Origin: Candidatus Omnitrophica bacterium UBA6253
GTDB taxonomy: Bacteria > Omnitrophota > Gorgyraeia > Gygaellales > Profunditerraquicolaceae
Assembly: GCA_002441245.1 (NCBI GenBank)
Contig: DJVP01000008.1
Span: 234,540 to 298,539, forward strand
DNA: 64,000 nucleotides
Direction: 5' to 3'
In this document: piece after piece, positions 10,633 through 20,887 of the stretch
How the letters are laid out: the number at the start of each line of letters is the position of its first letter
Position numbering within the stretch: position 1 is the first letter of the stretch
The notes under the pieces: model-generated
Database searches by the model: none
Told to the model about the DNA's origin: nothing
Seen by the model: the letters and a program-made list of their open reading frames with translations, nothing else
Program-made: the position numbers and the translations under genes

Positions 10633-12045
10633 ATGATTCAGGAAGCGATTGTTTTTTTAAACCCTCCTTATAAATATGCCATTCAAAGAAAATTACGATG
10701 TTCTCCAAGGCGTTGTGGTAACATATTCCCGCCCTTAGAATTATTATATCTAGCTTCGCTAATAAACGAAAAGGGCAGCCTAGAGATTATTTTTACAGAT
10801 GCAATAGCCGATAGGCTAACGCTTAGGGAAATAATAGACAGATTAAAAAAGTATCGCGTAAGGATTATAGTTTTTATGCCGGGTTTTGAATCCTTGGAAG
10901 AAGATTTAAAAACCATATCTAAAATCAAGGAAAGCCTAAATAAAGATTGCCGGGTAATAAGCTTTGGTTATTTGCCGACTTTATATTTCAGGGATATTTT
11001 TAAGGCGTTTCCTCTAGTAGACTATATAATTATGGGGGAACCGGAAATAACATTCAAAGAGCTGTATGATGCTATAATTCTGGATAATAAGGACATAAGA
11101 AAAATAAAAGGTTTGGCCTTAAACCAGGGCACAGTACCAATTTTAAATGAAGCTAGGCTTGAGAAGCTTGATTTAAACTGCCTGCCCTTTCCCAATAGAA
11201 AATTATTGAGGAATAATTCTTATTCTGATCCATTTTTGAAGGGGCCCATGACAAGCGTAATTACTTCCCGGGGATGCCCGCATAGATGTGTTTTTTGTGT
11301 CGATTCCTATGGGCATGTTTTTCGCCGGAGGGCAGCGGATAATGTTGTTCGTGAGTTGAAACATATTGTTTATGATCTTGGTATCAACAATGTTAGATTT
11401 ATGGATGATAATTTTACCGCGGATAGAAATAATCTCATTAGCATATGCAAGGGGATAATTGAAAATAAAATAGATATTGCCTGGACCTGTTTAAGCCGGG
11501 TTGATACTTTTGACAAAGAAATGTTGGCTTATATGGCACGGGCGGGGTGCAAGGCTATATTCCTTGGTATAGAAAGCGGGTCCCAGAAGATCCTCGATTA
11601 TTATAAAAAAGGCTATTCCGTTGATATAATAAAGAGACAATGCCGGTTAATAAAAGAGGCAGGCATTGATATTGTTTCCTGGTTTGTTTTAGGTGCGCCA
11701 ATAGAAACACTCGATGATATCAGAAAGAGCCTAAAATTATCCCTGGAGATTGATTCCGATTTTATCTGTCTGAATGAACTACGGCCAATGCCTGCTACTG
11801 ATATCTTTAATAAGCTAAGAGACCATATCCGTGTTTCTTTATTTCCATTCAATATCAGTTATGCGCCATTTTCTTTAAGTGCTAAAGAAGTTGCGCGTTT
11901 ACGGAGGATATTTTATATAAGATTTTATTTTTCGCCAAAGATAATTTGGAAAATTTTATTGCGTTTTATCAGGAATCCGGAGAATATAATGTTTTTTTTA
12001 CGGGAGTTTATTTCAGCAACCAGGTTGAGTTATATTGAAAAATAA
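10633..12045 (+). CDS. class B (B12-binding domain) radical SAM enzyme
   Basis: ITSRGCPHRCVFCVDS is a CX3CX2C motif. The N-terminal region has the B12-binding-like fold pattern. Confidence 0.8.
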   Translation: MIQEAIVFLNPPYKYAIQRKLRCSPRRCGNIFPPLELLYLASLINEKGSLEIIFTDAIADRLTLREIIDRLKKYRVRIIVFMPGFESLEEDLKTISKIKESLNKDCRVISFGYLPTLYFRDIFKAFPLVDYIIMGEPEITFKELYDAIILDNKDIRKIKGLALNQGTVPILNEARLEKLDLNCLPFPNRKLLRNNSYSDPFLKGPMTSVITSRGCPHRCVFCVDSYGHVFRRRAADNVVRELKHIVYDLGINNVRFMDDNFTADRNNLISICKGIIENKIDIAWTCLSRVDTFDKEMLAYMARAGCKAIFLGIESGSQKILDYYKKGYSVDIIKRQCRLIKEAGIDIVSWFVLGAPIETLDDIRKSLKLSLEIDSDFICLNELRPMPATDIFNKLRDHIRVSLFPFNISYAPFSLSAKEVARLRRIFYIRFYFSPKIIWKILLRFIRNPENIMFFLREFISATRLSYIEK

Positions 12046-12076
12046 AATAATTATAATATTGGAATATCTTTAAAGT

Positions 12077-13150
12077 ATGAATCCATGGAAGATAAGTTTT
12101 AACCGGCCTTTGAAATGGGGTGATTTATGGGGTTTACGCTGGATCCTTTTTACTATATTTATCCGGCTATGCAGGCCAAAAATATCTGCAAACATTTTCC
12201 GTTTCCTCCTTGGATGTATTTTAAAAAAAGACAAGGTTTCGCATATGCCGTTATATATGGTATTTGAACCAAGCTCCCGGTGTAATCTGAGCTGTAAGAT
12301 GTGCTGGAGGTCGCTGTATAAGACAAATAGAGTAGAGTCCGATATGTCCTATGACAATTTTACAAAGGTTATTGATAAAATCGGAGACTATCTAATCTTC
12401 GTAGTGCTATGGAATTATGGTGAACCACTGCTAAATCCTAATTTGGACAGGATGATAGAGTATTGTTCAAAAAAAGGGATAATCACTGTTTTAAGCACCA
12501 ATGGTAATCTGCTTAGTAAGGAAAGAAGCTTAGGGCTATTCAGCGCCGGCTTAAAATACCTGATTGTTTGCGTAGATGCAGTTACCGATGATATTTACCA
12601 AAAGTATAGAGGCGCTGTGAAATTATCAGAGATAAAGAATAATATAGTACAGGCGTGTAAATTAATAAAAGAAAACAAACTTAAATTTCCTGTTATAGAG
12701 TTACAATTTATTGTGATGAGAGAAAACGAACATCAGGTTGATGATTTTTTACTTATGGCTTATTCCTGGGGAGTGGATAGGGCCTCTTTAAAAAAATTCA
12801 GTGCGCTTTTAGGTTCCGGACCGCTGGATGAATTTATGCCTCTAAATAATAATTATCTCCTGGATTGCTATAAAAAACCTGGATCTATCCGCAAAGGTTT
12901 TTGTTTTGCCCCTTGGCAGTCCCTGGTTATCAACTCAGATGGCTGGGTCCTGCCCTGTTGTTCGGATTATTTCTGTACCGAGAAAATGGGCAATATACTT
13001 GAAGAAGATATAAGCCAAATATGGAACAATAGCCGGTGTATTAAGTTCCGCAGGCAGATAAAGCATGATATAAATTCAATTGATATCTGCCGTGATTGCC
13101 CGCATGATTCCGGTCAATCCGGCTCTTTTGTATTGACAAAACAATTCTAA
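12077..13150 (+). CDS. radical SAM enzyme with C-terminal SPASM domain
   Basis: SSRCNLSCKMC is a CX3CX2C motif. The C-terminal CCSDYFC...CRDCPHD is a Cys-rich SPASM-like region. The start codon may lie downstream of the listed one. Confidence 0.75.
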   Translation: MNPWKISFNRPLKWGDLWGLRWILFTIFIRLCRPKISANIFRFLLGCILKKDKVSHMPLYMVFEPSSRCNLSCKMCWRSLYKTNRVESDMSYDNFTKVIDKIGDYLIFVVLWNYGEPLLNPNLDRMIEYCSKKGIITVLSTNGNLLSKERSLGLFSAGLKYLIVCVDAVTDDIYQKYRGAVKLSEIKNNIVQACKLIKENKLKFPVIELQFIVMRENEHQVDDFLLMAYSWGVDRASLKKFSALLGSGPLDEFMPLNNNYLLDCYKKPGSIRKGFCFAPWQSLVINSDGWVLPCCSDYFCTEKMGNILEEDISQIWNNSRCIKFRRQIKHDINSIDICRDCPHDSGQSGSFVLTKQF

Positions 13151-13157
13151 TTAATAT

Positions 13158-14144
13158 ATGACAATATCTGCAATAATACCGGCTTATCACCCACGCAATA
13201 TTAGAGAATGCGTATTGGCAATAGCCTGTTCTAGATATAAACCGCATGAGATCATCTTGGTTGACGATAATTCTAAAATCGATTATTTCAAAGATGTAGA
13301 GCAATATTGCAAAATAATAAAATTAGATAAACATTCAGGGGCAGCCAGAGCCAGGAATGCCGGCGCGCTAGCTTCAAAAGGCGAATTACTTTGTTTTATT
13401 GATTCCGATGTATTGGTTTTTGAAGATACACTGGAATTAATAGCTTCTATATTTAGAAAAGATCCTGAAATATCCGCGGTTCAGACAGCCTGCATAGATA
13501 GGTGTGGTTTTGTAAATTTTGCTAGCCAATATCAGAATCTGTATTTTCATTATAATACCATAACGATTAGGGAAAAATATCTTGCTACAATAATAGGTCA
13601 TTGTTTTGCGGTAAGGAGAAAAGATTTTGATTTGGCAGGAGGATTTGATGAAGAGATTATGGGGGCTAGCGTTGAGGACGGTAATTTTGGGTTGAAGTTA
13701 TATAAGCTTCATAAGAAGATCTATTTGGATCAGGGGATTAAGATATGGCACAAGAGAAACCTTAGCCCGTTGACGGTTATAAATAAGATGTTCACAAAAT
13801 CATCCGATAAAATCTATACTTTATTAAAGTCCGGTGATCTCTTTAAAGTTAACCCGGATAAGACAGAACATTCAAAAATGAAGATAGCTGCTATACTGGC
13901 AGCTTTATTATCAGCTTTAAGTTTAATAAGCTCGATATTCTTTCCCCGGATATTATTTGTTGCCTTGTTTATCCTATTGGTATATTTATTGTGCAGCGGA
14001 CAGTTTGTTTTCTTCTGTTTACGGAAAAATGGTTCAATTTTTGCAGTTAAAGCGGTTTTATTCCATTACCTGAACTGTTTTTTTTCTTCCTTAGGGATAA
14101 TTTCGGGGCTGTTCAGGTTTCTTAAATATAGGTTTATAGAATGA
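13158..14144 (+). CDS. GT2 family glycosyltransferase with C-terminal TM segments
   Basis: ISAIIPAYHP, LVDDNS and FIDSDV are GT-A fold motifs. The C-terminus is hydrophobic. Confidence 0.7.
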   Translation: MTISAIIPAYHPRNIRECVLAIACSRYKPHEIILVDDNSKIDYFKDVEQYCKIIKLDKHSGAARARNAGALASKGELLCFIDSDVLVFEDTLELIASIFRKDPEISAVQTACIDRCGFVNFASQYQNLYFHYNTITIREKYLATIIGHCFAVRRKDFDLAGGFDEEIMGASVEDGNFGLKLYKLHKKIYLDQGIKIWHKRNLSPLTVINKMFTKSSDKIYTLLKSGDLFKVNPDKTEHSKMKIAAILAALLSALSLISSIFFPRILFVALFILLVYLLCSGQFVFFCLRKNGSIFAVKAVLFHYLNCFFSSLGIISGLFRFLKYRFIE

Positions 14145-15229
14145 TGCAATATATCAAACAATGTTTCAATCTGGTAGATAAAAGAGGCATGTTCCCTGAA
14201 TATCTGACACTATTTGTTACTAATAAGTGTAATTCATCCTGCCGGCATTGTTTTTATTGGCAAAGTTTAAATTCTAGCGAAAAAGACTTAAGCTGTGATG
14301 AAATTAATAAGTTATCCAGCAATATGGATAATTTTCTGTTTTTATTGATAACTGGCGGAGAGCCGTTCCTTAGAGACGATATCCCTGAGATTGTAAAAAT
14401 CTTTTACAGGAAGAATTGTCTGAAGAAATTAACGATAGCAACTAACGGTTACTTTGTAGAAAATATAGAGAAAGGGGTTGAGGGGATCTTAAGGGAATGC
14501 CCGGGATTAGAGTTAAATGTTAATATTTCTCTTGATGGTATAGGCGAAGACCATGATAGGATAAGGGGAAAAGATGGTATGTTTGCTAAGGCGATTGCTG
14601 CCACAAAAGTTATAAAGCAACTTAAAATGCATTATCCGGATTTATTGCTTTCTGTTATTTATACTTTCTCAGCCCTTAATGAAAATAAGGCTGCAAGCGA
14701 TTATCAGTATATAAAGAAAACTATCAAACCGGACTATTTTAATCTTTCTTTAGTCAGGGGCAATACCAGGGAGCAAGGCCTAAGGGTAGGGAATATTAGG
14801 GAATATAATAATCTTTGGAGTGAAATAAAGAAAGATATTCTATCCAAATGCTTCAGGCAATCTGTTTTATCCAGATTATTATCTGCTGCTAAAGTAACAG
14901 CCAAGGACCTGGCGTTAAAAACATTGATGCAGGATAGGTATATAACTCCATGCTATGCTGGTAAAACCAATATAGTTATTTACCCTAACGGTGATGTTTA
15001 TCCTTGTGAGCTCTTAGAGGAGGGGTTTGGGAATTTACGAAAAGAAGGCTACGATCTGAGAAAAATATTGTTTTCGGCAAACTCTAGAAAAATAAAGGAA
15101 AGAATTCATAAGAAAAGATGTTATTGTTACCATGGTTGTAATGCCCTGCCCAATGTTCTATACAATGTCAGGTATTTACCAGAGATAGCAATAAACTATT
15201 GTAAGCAGTATTTTATGAGTAAAAATTAA
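14141..15229 (+). CDS. radical SAM enzyme with C-terminal SPASM domain
   Basis: VTNKCNSSCRHC is a CX3CX2C motif. The C-terminal CYAGK...YPCE...CYCYHGC is SPASM-like. It overlaps the upstream gene by 4 nt. Confidence 0.75.
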   Translation: MMQYIKQCFNLVDKRGMFPEYLTLFVTNKCNSSCRHCFYWQSLNSSEKDLSCDEINKLSSNMDNFLFLLITGGEPFLRDDIPEIVKIFYRKNCLKKLTIATNGYFVENIEKGVEGILRECPGLELNVNISLDGIGEDHDRIRGKDGMFAKAIAATKVIKQLKMHYPDLLLSVIYTFSALNENKAASDYQYIKKTIKPDYFNLSLVRGNTREQGLRVGNIREYNNLWSEIKKDILSKCFRQSVLSRLLSAAKVTAKDLALKTLMQDRYITPCYAGKTNIVIYPNGDVYPCELLEEGFGNLRKEGYDLRKILFSANSRKIKERIHKKRCYCYHGCNALPNVLYNVRYLPEIAINYCKQYFMSKN

Positions 15230-15231
15230 TT

Positions 15232-17376
15232 ATGGCCATAACATCTACCCAGAAAAATAAGCTGGTTATTTTATCGCTGCTTATATTATTTTTTATCTTT
15301 ATACGGATAATGATAATATCGTGTTCAGAAATCCTGATCCGGCAAGGAGAAGAGCCTTATGTAGGAACAATTGCTAAGGGGATTCTCGAGGGATGGATTT
15401 CTTCGGTTTGGGATTATCAGCGTATTCCGTATGTCGGCGGTCATGTTATGGCGGCTTATCTTGCCTTGCCATTTTTTATATTATTCGGTTTTAAGCAAAT
15501 TGCCCTGGTGACCGCCGCTATTATAATTGGTTTAATAGGACTGGTCTTTCTTTATATTCTTTGCGAAAAATATTTTAATAGAAGGGTGGCGGTTATCAGC
15601 TGCGTGCTTTATATTTTGCCTCCTCCGTTATTGATGGTGCGTTCATTGATATTTAACGGCTCACATAGCGAATCGGTAGTTTTTACCATTTTAGTTTTCT
15701 TCGTATTCTTAAATACGCTTTATAATAAAAGATCGGTTTTAAATTATTCCATATTGGGGTTATTAAGTGGAATTAGTTTTTCTTACCTGTATACAAATGC
15801 CATTTCGATTCTAACGTGTTTGTTTATCTGGATTACGATAAAAAGGAAGGTTTTTTTAAAAAAAGAATTTATTTTTTATATTTCTGGGTTAATGCTGGGG
15901 TGTACTCCGTGGTTGAGCTACAATTTCAGGAATAACTTTTCCGGTTTAGAATTTGTTGCCACCAACTTTTCCGGGGTTTCCAATCATGCTTTGAAAGAAT
16001 TTCCCTCGGTTCTATTTGAATCCATTAAAAATATGCGCAAGATGTTTATCTTTGATCATTTCTCGATTGTTTCGGGAAATATTTTTAACATAATATATTA
16101 TTCGATATTTTTAATTTCGCTATTCTTTATCCTTTTCTTAATTATAAAAAAGCTAATTCTTTCTTATCAATTGAAGTCTAAAATTAACTTTCAGGATAAA
16201 TGTCCAGCTTATTCTAAATACCTGTTTATTGGCACTTTCATTATTATGTACATATTAGTCTATTCTATCAGCAATATTAAATTCAAGAATAGCGGAAATC
16301 CTATTATGGATTATAAATATGGCTTGATTATTTTTCCCTATATCTTTATAAGTATTGCCTTGTTTATCGATGGATTATTTTCGGCCAGGAATCCTTTATG
16401 CAGGTTCGCCGGCCTTGTGATGCTGGCTACGGCCACTATTATTGGGTTTGTAGGAAACTCAGGTTTATTTTATTCCCTGGATTTTAAGAATAAATACTTA
16501 GGCACTACTGCTATTTACTATGATTTAGTCGGCAAGGTGGCAGCTGACAAATATGATATAGATTGGGCTAAGGCCGAAAAATTTATAAGGAGGGTAAAAT
16601 CTGGGTGTGCTGTTCGTAATGCTGTTGAAGGATATGGATTCGCCTTAGGAGATAGATTTTCCAGAGAAATGGTTTTTAATGAAAAACTTGGATTACTCAA
16701 AAATATTAGTATGCCAGCTGATATTTTAGGTAGTTTTTGGAGAGGTATTGGCAAGGCGAGAGTTGATAATTATTATCAGGAAAGAATGAGAAATGTGCAT
16801 AAAGATAATTTCAAGATTGTTGATTTTATCGCAGAATGTAATCAATTACATATCCCTGCTCCGCAGCGCGATTATTTCTACGCCGGGGTTATCGAACAGT
16901 TATTGGCAGAAAGGTGGAATGAACAATTTAGCCGCCTCGATATAAAGATAGATGATTTAGCTAATATTCTGCCAGAAGAATACCGTTATTTAACATATCT
17001 TTTCTATGGTTTTTCTGTTGGAGATAAGATTGCCAGGAAGGACCATTTTTACGATTCTTTAAGACTGCCTCCCGATTTAAATTCCAGCTATCTCAGGTAT
17101 TATTATATGGGTGTTGGTACTACCGTAACCTATTTTTTCTCCGGCAATATAAGAAAGAGCATCAATTTTTTAAATAGCTTTGAAAAAACTATACGTGATT
17201 ATTTATTGACCGGTGTGGGTTTGTATTTTTATATATTTAACGATTGCAGCAAAGATAGCCGCGGAGCAGGATACCCGCATGTTTTTCTAAAAGAATATAA
17301 TGTTTATTATGAGAAAGCCGCTAGTTTATTTAAAGATACCCCACTTAACAGCTTTGATTTTCAGATAGGTAATTAA
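15232..17376 (+). CDS. large polytopic membrane protein, GT-C-fold (ArnT/PMT-like) glycosyltransferase candidate with a soluble C-terminal domain
   Basis: About 430 aa carry 10+ hydrophobic helices, and the first loop holds an acidic EEPY motif. The soluble ~280 aa C-terminal domain is unrecognised. Confidence 0.4.
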   Translation: MAITSTQKNKLVILSLLILFFIFIRIMIISCSEILIRQGEEPYVGTIAKGILEGWISSVWDYQRIPYVGGHVMAAYLALPFFILFGFKQIALVTAAIIIGLIGLVFLYILCEKYFNRRVAVISCVLYILPPPLLMVRSLIFNGSHSESVVFTILVFFVFLNTLYNKRSVLNYSILGLLSGISFSYLYTNAISILTCLFIWITIKRKVFLKKEFIFYISGLMLGCTPWLSYNFRNNFSGLEFVATNFSGVSNHALKEFPSVLFESIKNMRKMFIFDHFSIVSGNIFNIIYYSIFLISLFFILFLIIKKLILSYQLKSKINFQDKCPAYSKYLFIGTFIIMYILVYSISNIKFKNSGNPIMDYKYGLIIFPYIFISIALFIDGLFSARNPLCRFAGLVMLATATIIGFVGNSGLFYSLDFKNKYLGTTAIYYDLVGKVAADKYDIDWAKAEKFIRRVKSGCAVRNAVEGYGFALGDRFSREMVFNEKLGLLKNISMPADILGSFWRGIGKARVDNYYQERMRNVHKDNFKIVDFIAECNQLHIPAPQRDYFYAGVIEQLLAERWNEQFSRLDIKIDDLANILPEEYRYLTYLFYGFSVGDKIARKDHFYDSLRLPPDLNSSYLRYYYMGVGTTVTYFFSGNIRKSINFLNSFEKTIRDYLLTGVGLYFYIFNDCSKDSRGAGYPHVFLKEYNVYYEKAASLFKDTPLNSFDFQIGN

Positions 17377-17467
17377 TTATAAGTAAAATCAAGGGTATTT
17401 GCCCTCCGCGGACTAGCGCAGACCATAGCAGCTCTTATTATAGGTATAAATTTACTAACTAAATTAC

Positions 17468-17492
17468 TTGCAATTTAGAGATTTGTGATAAA
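17468..17492 (+). promoter_or_regulatory. putative promoter (TTGCAA ... TGnTAAAAT extended -10)
   Basis: The sequence is acTTGCAAtttagagatttgTGaTAAAATatt. Confidence 0.3.
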
Positions 17493-17562
17493 ATATTATG
17501 GTGACTTTTGTTTTACCCTGCCATTCTGGGATGGAAGCGTTAAATTGAGTGAAGGAGGGAAA

Positions 17563-18402
17563 ATGGATAAACATAAATTGATTTCCTTGATATTAGTAAT
17601 ATGCTTACAGTTTTCAGTATCAGCTTTTGCGGAAACCATTGTTCTTAAATCTGGAGAGATTGTTGAAGGGAAGCTAATTGAGAAAACCGATAAATATATA
17701 AAAATAGACTTCCAGGGTGTGCCACTGACATATTTCTTAGATGAGATTCAGAGTGTTGATAAGGTCGATATCCAGTCGGCTACTATTCCAAATAAAAAGG
17801 TCGATATCCAGGAGACCGCTGATTCAGCTTATCAAAAAGGTGAAAATTATATGAGCCAGCAAAATTTTGATGAAGCTATAATTGAATTCAGCAAGGCGAT
17901 AAAACTTGATCCCCGTTCGGATAAGGCTTATTATTCTAGGGGGAGAGCATATGGGGCAAAAGATGACTTAGAAAAGGAATTAGCTGATTATGATCAAGTA
18001 ATTAATATTAATGCTCCGGAGACAATCCAGTCTGCCTGCATTAATAGGGGGATGGCATATGAATATAAAGGTGATTTAGATAAAGCCCTTGCAGTCTATT
18101 CTAAGGGTATTGAGGCAATCCCTGGTCCAATGTCCTCAAAGTTTGGTTATTTGAAACAAATCCTTTATCGTAACAGGGCGCAAATATACTTATCGAGAAA
18201 AGAGTTCGATAAAGCGTTAGATGATATCCAGGGGATAGAAAAATTAGGAGGAAGCGTTGACCTGGATGTTATTAATAAAATAAAGAACCATGATTCTAAT
18301 ATTGAATTAAAGGTAGCCTTTAAGGAAAGCCCTGAATATTATCCAGGTGAATCGGTTGAAGCTAACCGTTATAATAATAGCGGATACAAAAGCCTTGAAT
18401 AA
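17563..18402 (+). CDS. secreted TPR-repeat protein
   Basis: Signal peptide MDKHKLISLILVICLQFSVSAFA. TPR-like repeats (AYQKGENYMSQQNFDEAIIEFSKAIKLDP...). The GGAGGG SD sits 6 nt upstream of this ATG. The track's earlier start (17485) overlaps a putative extended -10 promoter. Confidence 0.6.
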   Translation: MDKHKLISLILVICLQFSVSAFAETIVLKSGEIVEGKLIEKTDKYIKIDFQGVPLTYFLDEIQSVDKVDIQSATIPNKKVDIQETADSAYQKGENYMSQQNFDEAIIEFSKAIKLDPRSDKAYYSRGRAYGAKDDLEKELADYDQVININAPETIQSACINRGMAYEYKGDLDKALAVYSKGIEAIPGPMSSKFGYLKQILYRNRAQIYLSRKEFDKALDDIQGIEKLGGSVDLDVINKIKNHDSNIELKVAFKESPEYYPGESVEANRYNNSGYKSLE

Positions 18403-18466
18403 GAGTAAAGAAATAATTTTTGGGTTATTTTTTACCCTCTCCGTGTTTCATTATGTAATTTGATTA

Positions 18467-19402
18467 TTAAGATTTGTTTTGACGTTTGTCTTTGATGTAG
18501 TTGCTTTTTTCTGCACCCTTAGCCAGTTTTTTTAACTCCGCGCCAATTTCACCGACCTGAGCTACATGTGTAATATCGCGTGTTTCATTTGTTACTATAC
18601 CTATAGATACTGAAAGTAGGCGTATTTTATGGATTTGATTTTGCCGGTCGTATCCGACAATAAAACCGTTCTCTCTGTCCTCTTGGCTATAGAATGACGG
18701 TGAAATTTTATCAAAATCATGGATAATCTTTTCGCAAATTTTATCTGCTAAATCAGGAGTAGTTATAACTACGAAATCATCCCCTCCGATATGGCCCACA
18801 AAATCCTGCGGATTGCCGTATTCTTTGGTAGCGCCAAGCAATATGCGCGCGGTTTCGCGAATTACATCATCCCCGTGTTCAAATCCATATTTATCATTAT
18901 AGGCTTTGAATTTATCAAGGTCAACATAACAAACTGCGTAAGGTTTCTTGCTTTCTATGCAATTTGAAAGTTCGTTAAGTATAGCTATATTTCCGGGCAG
19001 GCGAGTCAGGGGGTTTGCTTCAAGGTCCCTTTTGGTTCTCCTTAATACCATGCGTATCCTGGCCAGCAGCTCCTTAGGTTCGAAAGGCTTGACAATGTAA
19101 TCGTCAGCCCCTGAGTCAATGCCGTCAATTTTATCGCTAATTTCGCCTTTACCCGTGACCATAATTATGGGGAGATGGGCTAACAGCAAATCCTTTTTAA
19201 TTAAATCACAAACTTGCAATCCGTCCATTTTCGGCATTTTATAATCTAAAAGAACCAGGTCAAGCGGTTTTGACCGGATTATTTCCAGGGCTTCCTGGCC
19301 GTTTCTTGCTTCAGTAGTTTCGTAATTTTCTTCGGTAAGAGTAATTTTGAGCACGTCTCTTATATCCGGATCGTCGTCAGCAATAAGTATTCTTATATTC
19401 AT
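18467..19402 (-). CDS. response regulator, REC + GGDEF-like domain with a noncanonical GGDDF motif
   Basis: REC domain (ILIADDDPD...LLDYKMPKMDG...KP). The GGDEF-type domain carries an NPLTRLPGN-like motif. The active-site sequence reads GGDDF, not GG(D/E)EF. Confidence 0.8.
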   Translation of the reverse strand: MNIRILIADDDPDIRDVLKITLTEENYETTEARNGQEALEIIRSKPLDLVLLDYKMPKMDGLQVCDLIKKDLLLAHLPIIMVTGKGEISDKIDGIDSGADDYIVKPFEPKELLARIRMVLRRTKRDLEANPLTRLPGNIAILNELSNCIESKKPYAVCYVDLDKFKAYNDKYGFEHGDDVIRETARILLGATKEYGNPQDFVGHIGGDDFVVITTPDLADKICEKIIHDFDKISPSFYSQEDRENGFIVGYDRQNQIHKIRLLSVSIGIVTNETRDITHVAQVGEIGAELKKLAKGAEKSNYIKDKRQNKS

Positions 19403-19410
19403 AATTTTAT

Positions 19411-20886
19411 TTAAGCAGCATTGAGGGTAAAACTGAAAGTTGAACCTTCGCTAATCTTACTTTTTACCCATATTCTTCCCTGATGTGCCTCGATAATATG
19501 TTTGACTAAAGTAAGCCCCAGTCCGGTGCCTTTTACCTCCTGGTTAATAGTATTTTCCACCCGGAAAAACTCTTCAAATATCTTTTCTTGTGCATCTTCG
19601 GGAATGCCGAAGCCGGTGTCGGTAATATCTACCTGAATTACCCTGCCTGAGCGGTGGGCGTTTATACTGATTTTACCCTTTTCAGGCGTAAATTTTAGTG
19701 CGTTACCAACTAAATTAATAAAGACCCTTTCAATCTGGCTGCGGTCAGCCAGTATTTTCTGGCAGTCATCAGGTATATTGCTGCTAAAGGTGATATTTTT
19801 TGTTTTCATCTGTTCAGAAAGCAGGTCAGCTACTTTATCGGAGATGTACTTTAGCTCCAGGCTTTCCATATTCATATTTACTTTACCTGACTCAATGCGG
19901 GAAATATCCAGCAGATCGTTTACCATATGCACCAACTCATCGCTATGGCGATTGATCTTTTCAAGCCGGCTTCTTATCTCATCTGGTACGGACCCCAGCT
20001 TGCCGGCAAGTAGAATGGCAGCATAACCTTTGATTGAAGTAAGAGGGGTTCTCAGTTCGTGGGAGACGCTGGAAATAAAGTCGCTTTTGCGCTTGCTTAT
20101 TTTACCTACTTCTTCCAGCGCTTGAGTCAACTGGCTGGTCCTTTCCTCAACTTTTATTTCCAGTTCTTGTTGAGACCTCCAGGTTTTCTCAAAAAGCCGG
20201 GCATTATCTAAAGTCTGGCCAATTTGATTAGCCAGTATAGTAATAAGTTCTTGTTCACCCTCCGTGATGCAGGTTTCAATATTTTGGGTGCCTACGAAGA
20301 TAAAACCTTGGTCTCCTTCCTGGGCCAATATGGGGCAAATAATAAATGAACGCACCTGGAATAACTGATAAATCTTATCTTTTGTTAAGAAATTGTTGGG
20401 AACAAATACGGATGATGCAGTTTTACCGCTGTGGATTAAATCCAGGTAATAATCTTTATCGGCGTTAACGGTAATTTTTATTTTTTCGGATTCAACATCC
20501 CCATATCCGAGATTTAAACATGGATGAAATTCTCGTTTTAAATCGTTCCATAAAAAGGCAAGGGACTTTTCAAATCCTAGCTCTTCAAGGTATTCATTGC
20601 TTATTTTTTTGAAGATCTGTTTTTCTTCCAGGGTAGTGCTGATATCACGGGATAGCTTTTGCAGGATATCAAGTCCGGAGATTTTCTTGTCCAGTTCTTC
20701 CTGAGTTTTATTTAATTCCATGTCCGTGCGCATGATTAATTTTGCCTGCTCATCCATTTCCTCGAGAGAAGTTTTTAACGCCGATATCTGTTTATCTTTT
20801 TCTTTCAGCCTTTGTACTTTAGAAAGCAAGAATATCCCGAGGCCGGCCACAATTAAACAAAAGCTAATAAAGATAAAACTTAACAT
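19411..20886 (-). CDS. sensor histidine kinase (TM, coiled-coil, GAF-like, HisKA, HATPase_c)
   Basis: H-box SHELRTPLTSI. ATP-lid motifs NLVGNALKFT, DTGFGIP and GTGLGL. Confidence 0.85.
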   Translation of the reverse strand: MLSFIFISFCLIVAGLGIFLLSKVQRLKEKDKQISALKTSLEEMDEQAKLIMRTDMELNKTQEELDKKISGLDILQKLSRDISTTLEEKQIFKKISNEYLEELGFEKSLAFLWNDLKREFHPCLNLGYGDVESEKIKITVNADKDYYLDLIHSGKTASSVFVPNNFLTKDKIYQLFQVRSFIICPILAQEGDQGFIFVGTQNIETCITEGEQELITILANQIGQTLDNARLFEKTWRSQQELEIKVEERTSQLTQALEEVGKISKRKSDFISSVSHELRTPLTSIKGYAAILLAGKLGSVPDEIRSRLEKINRHSDELVHMVNDLLDISRIESGKVNMNMESLELKYISDKVADLLSEQMKTKNITFSSNIPDDCQKILADRSQIERVFINLVGNALKFTPEKGKISINAHRSGRVIQVDITDTGFGIPEDAQEKIFEEFFRVENTINQEVKGTGLGLTLVKHIIEAHQGRIWVKSKISEGSTFSFTLNAA

Positions 20887-20887
20887 T

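Noticed and set aside
1378-13304. Short ORFs nested inside the radical SAM and glycosyltransferase genes, either opposite strand or off-frame. Examples are 1378-1590, 1937-2155, 3288-3542, 4844-5041, 7863-8105 and 13041-13304.
   Set aside because: Each lies wholly inside a longer gene with clear catalytic motifs. None has a plausible RBS or a recognisable domain.
17377-17440. Weak hairpin AGGGtatttgCCCT after the GT-C-like gene as a possible terminator.
   Set aside because: It has only a 4-bp stem and no U-tract, so it is not convincing.
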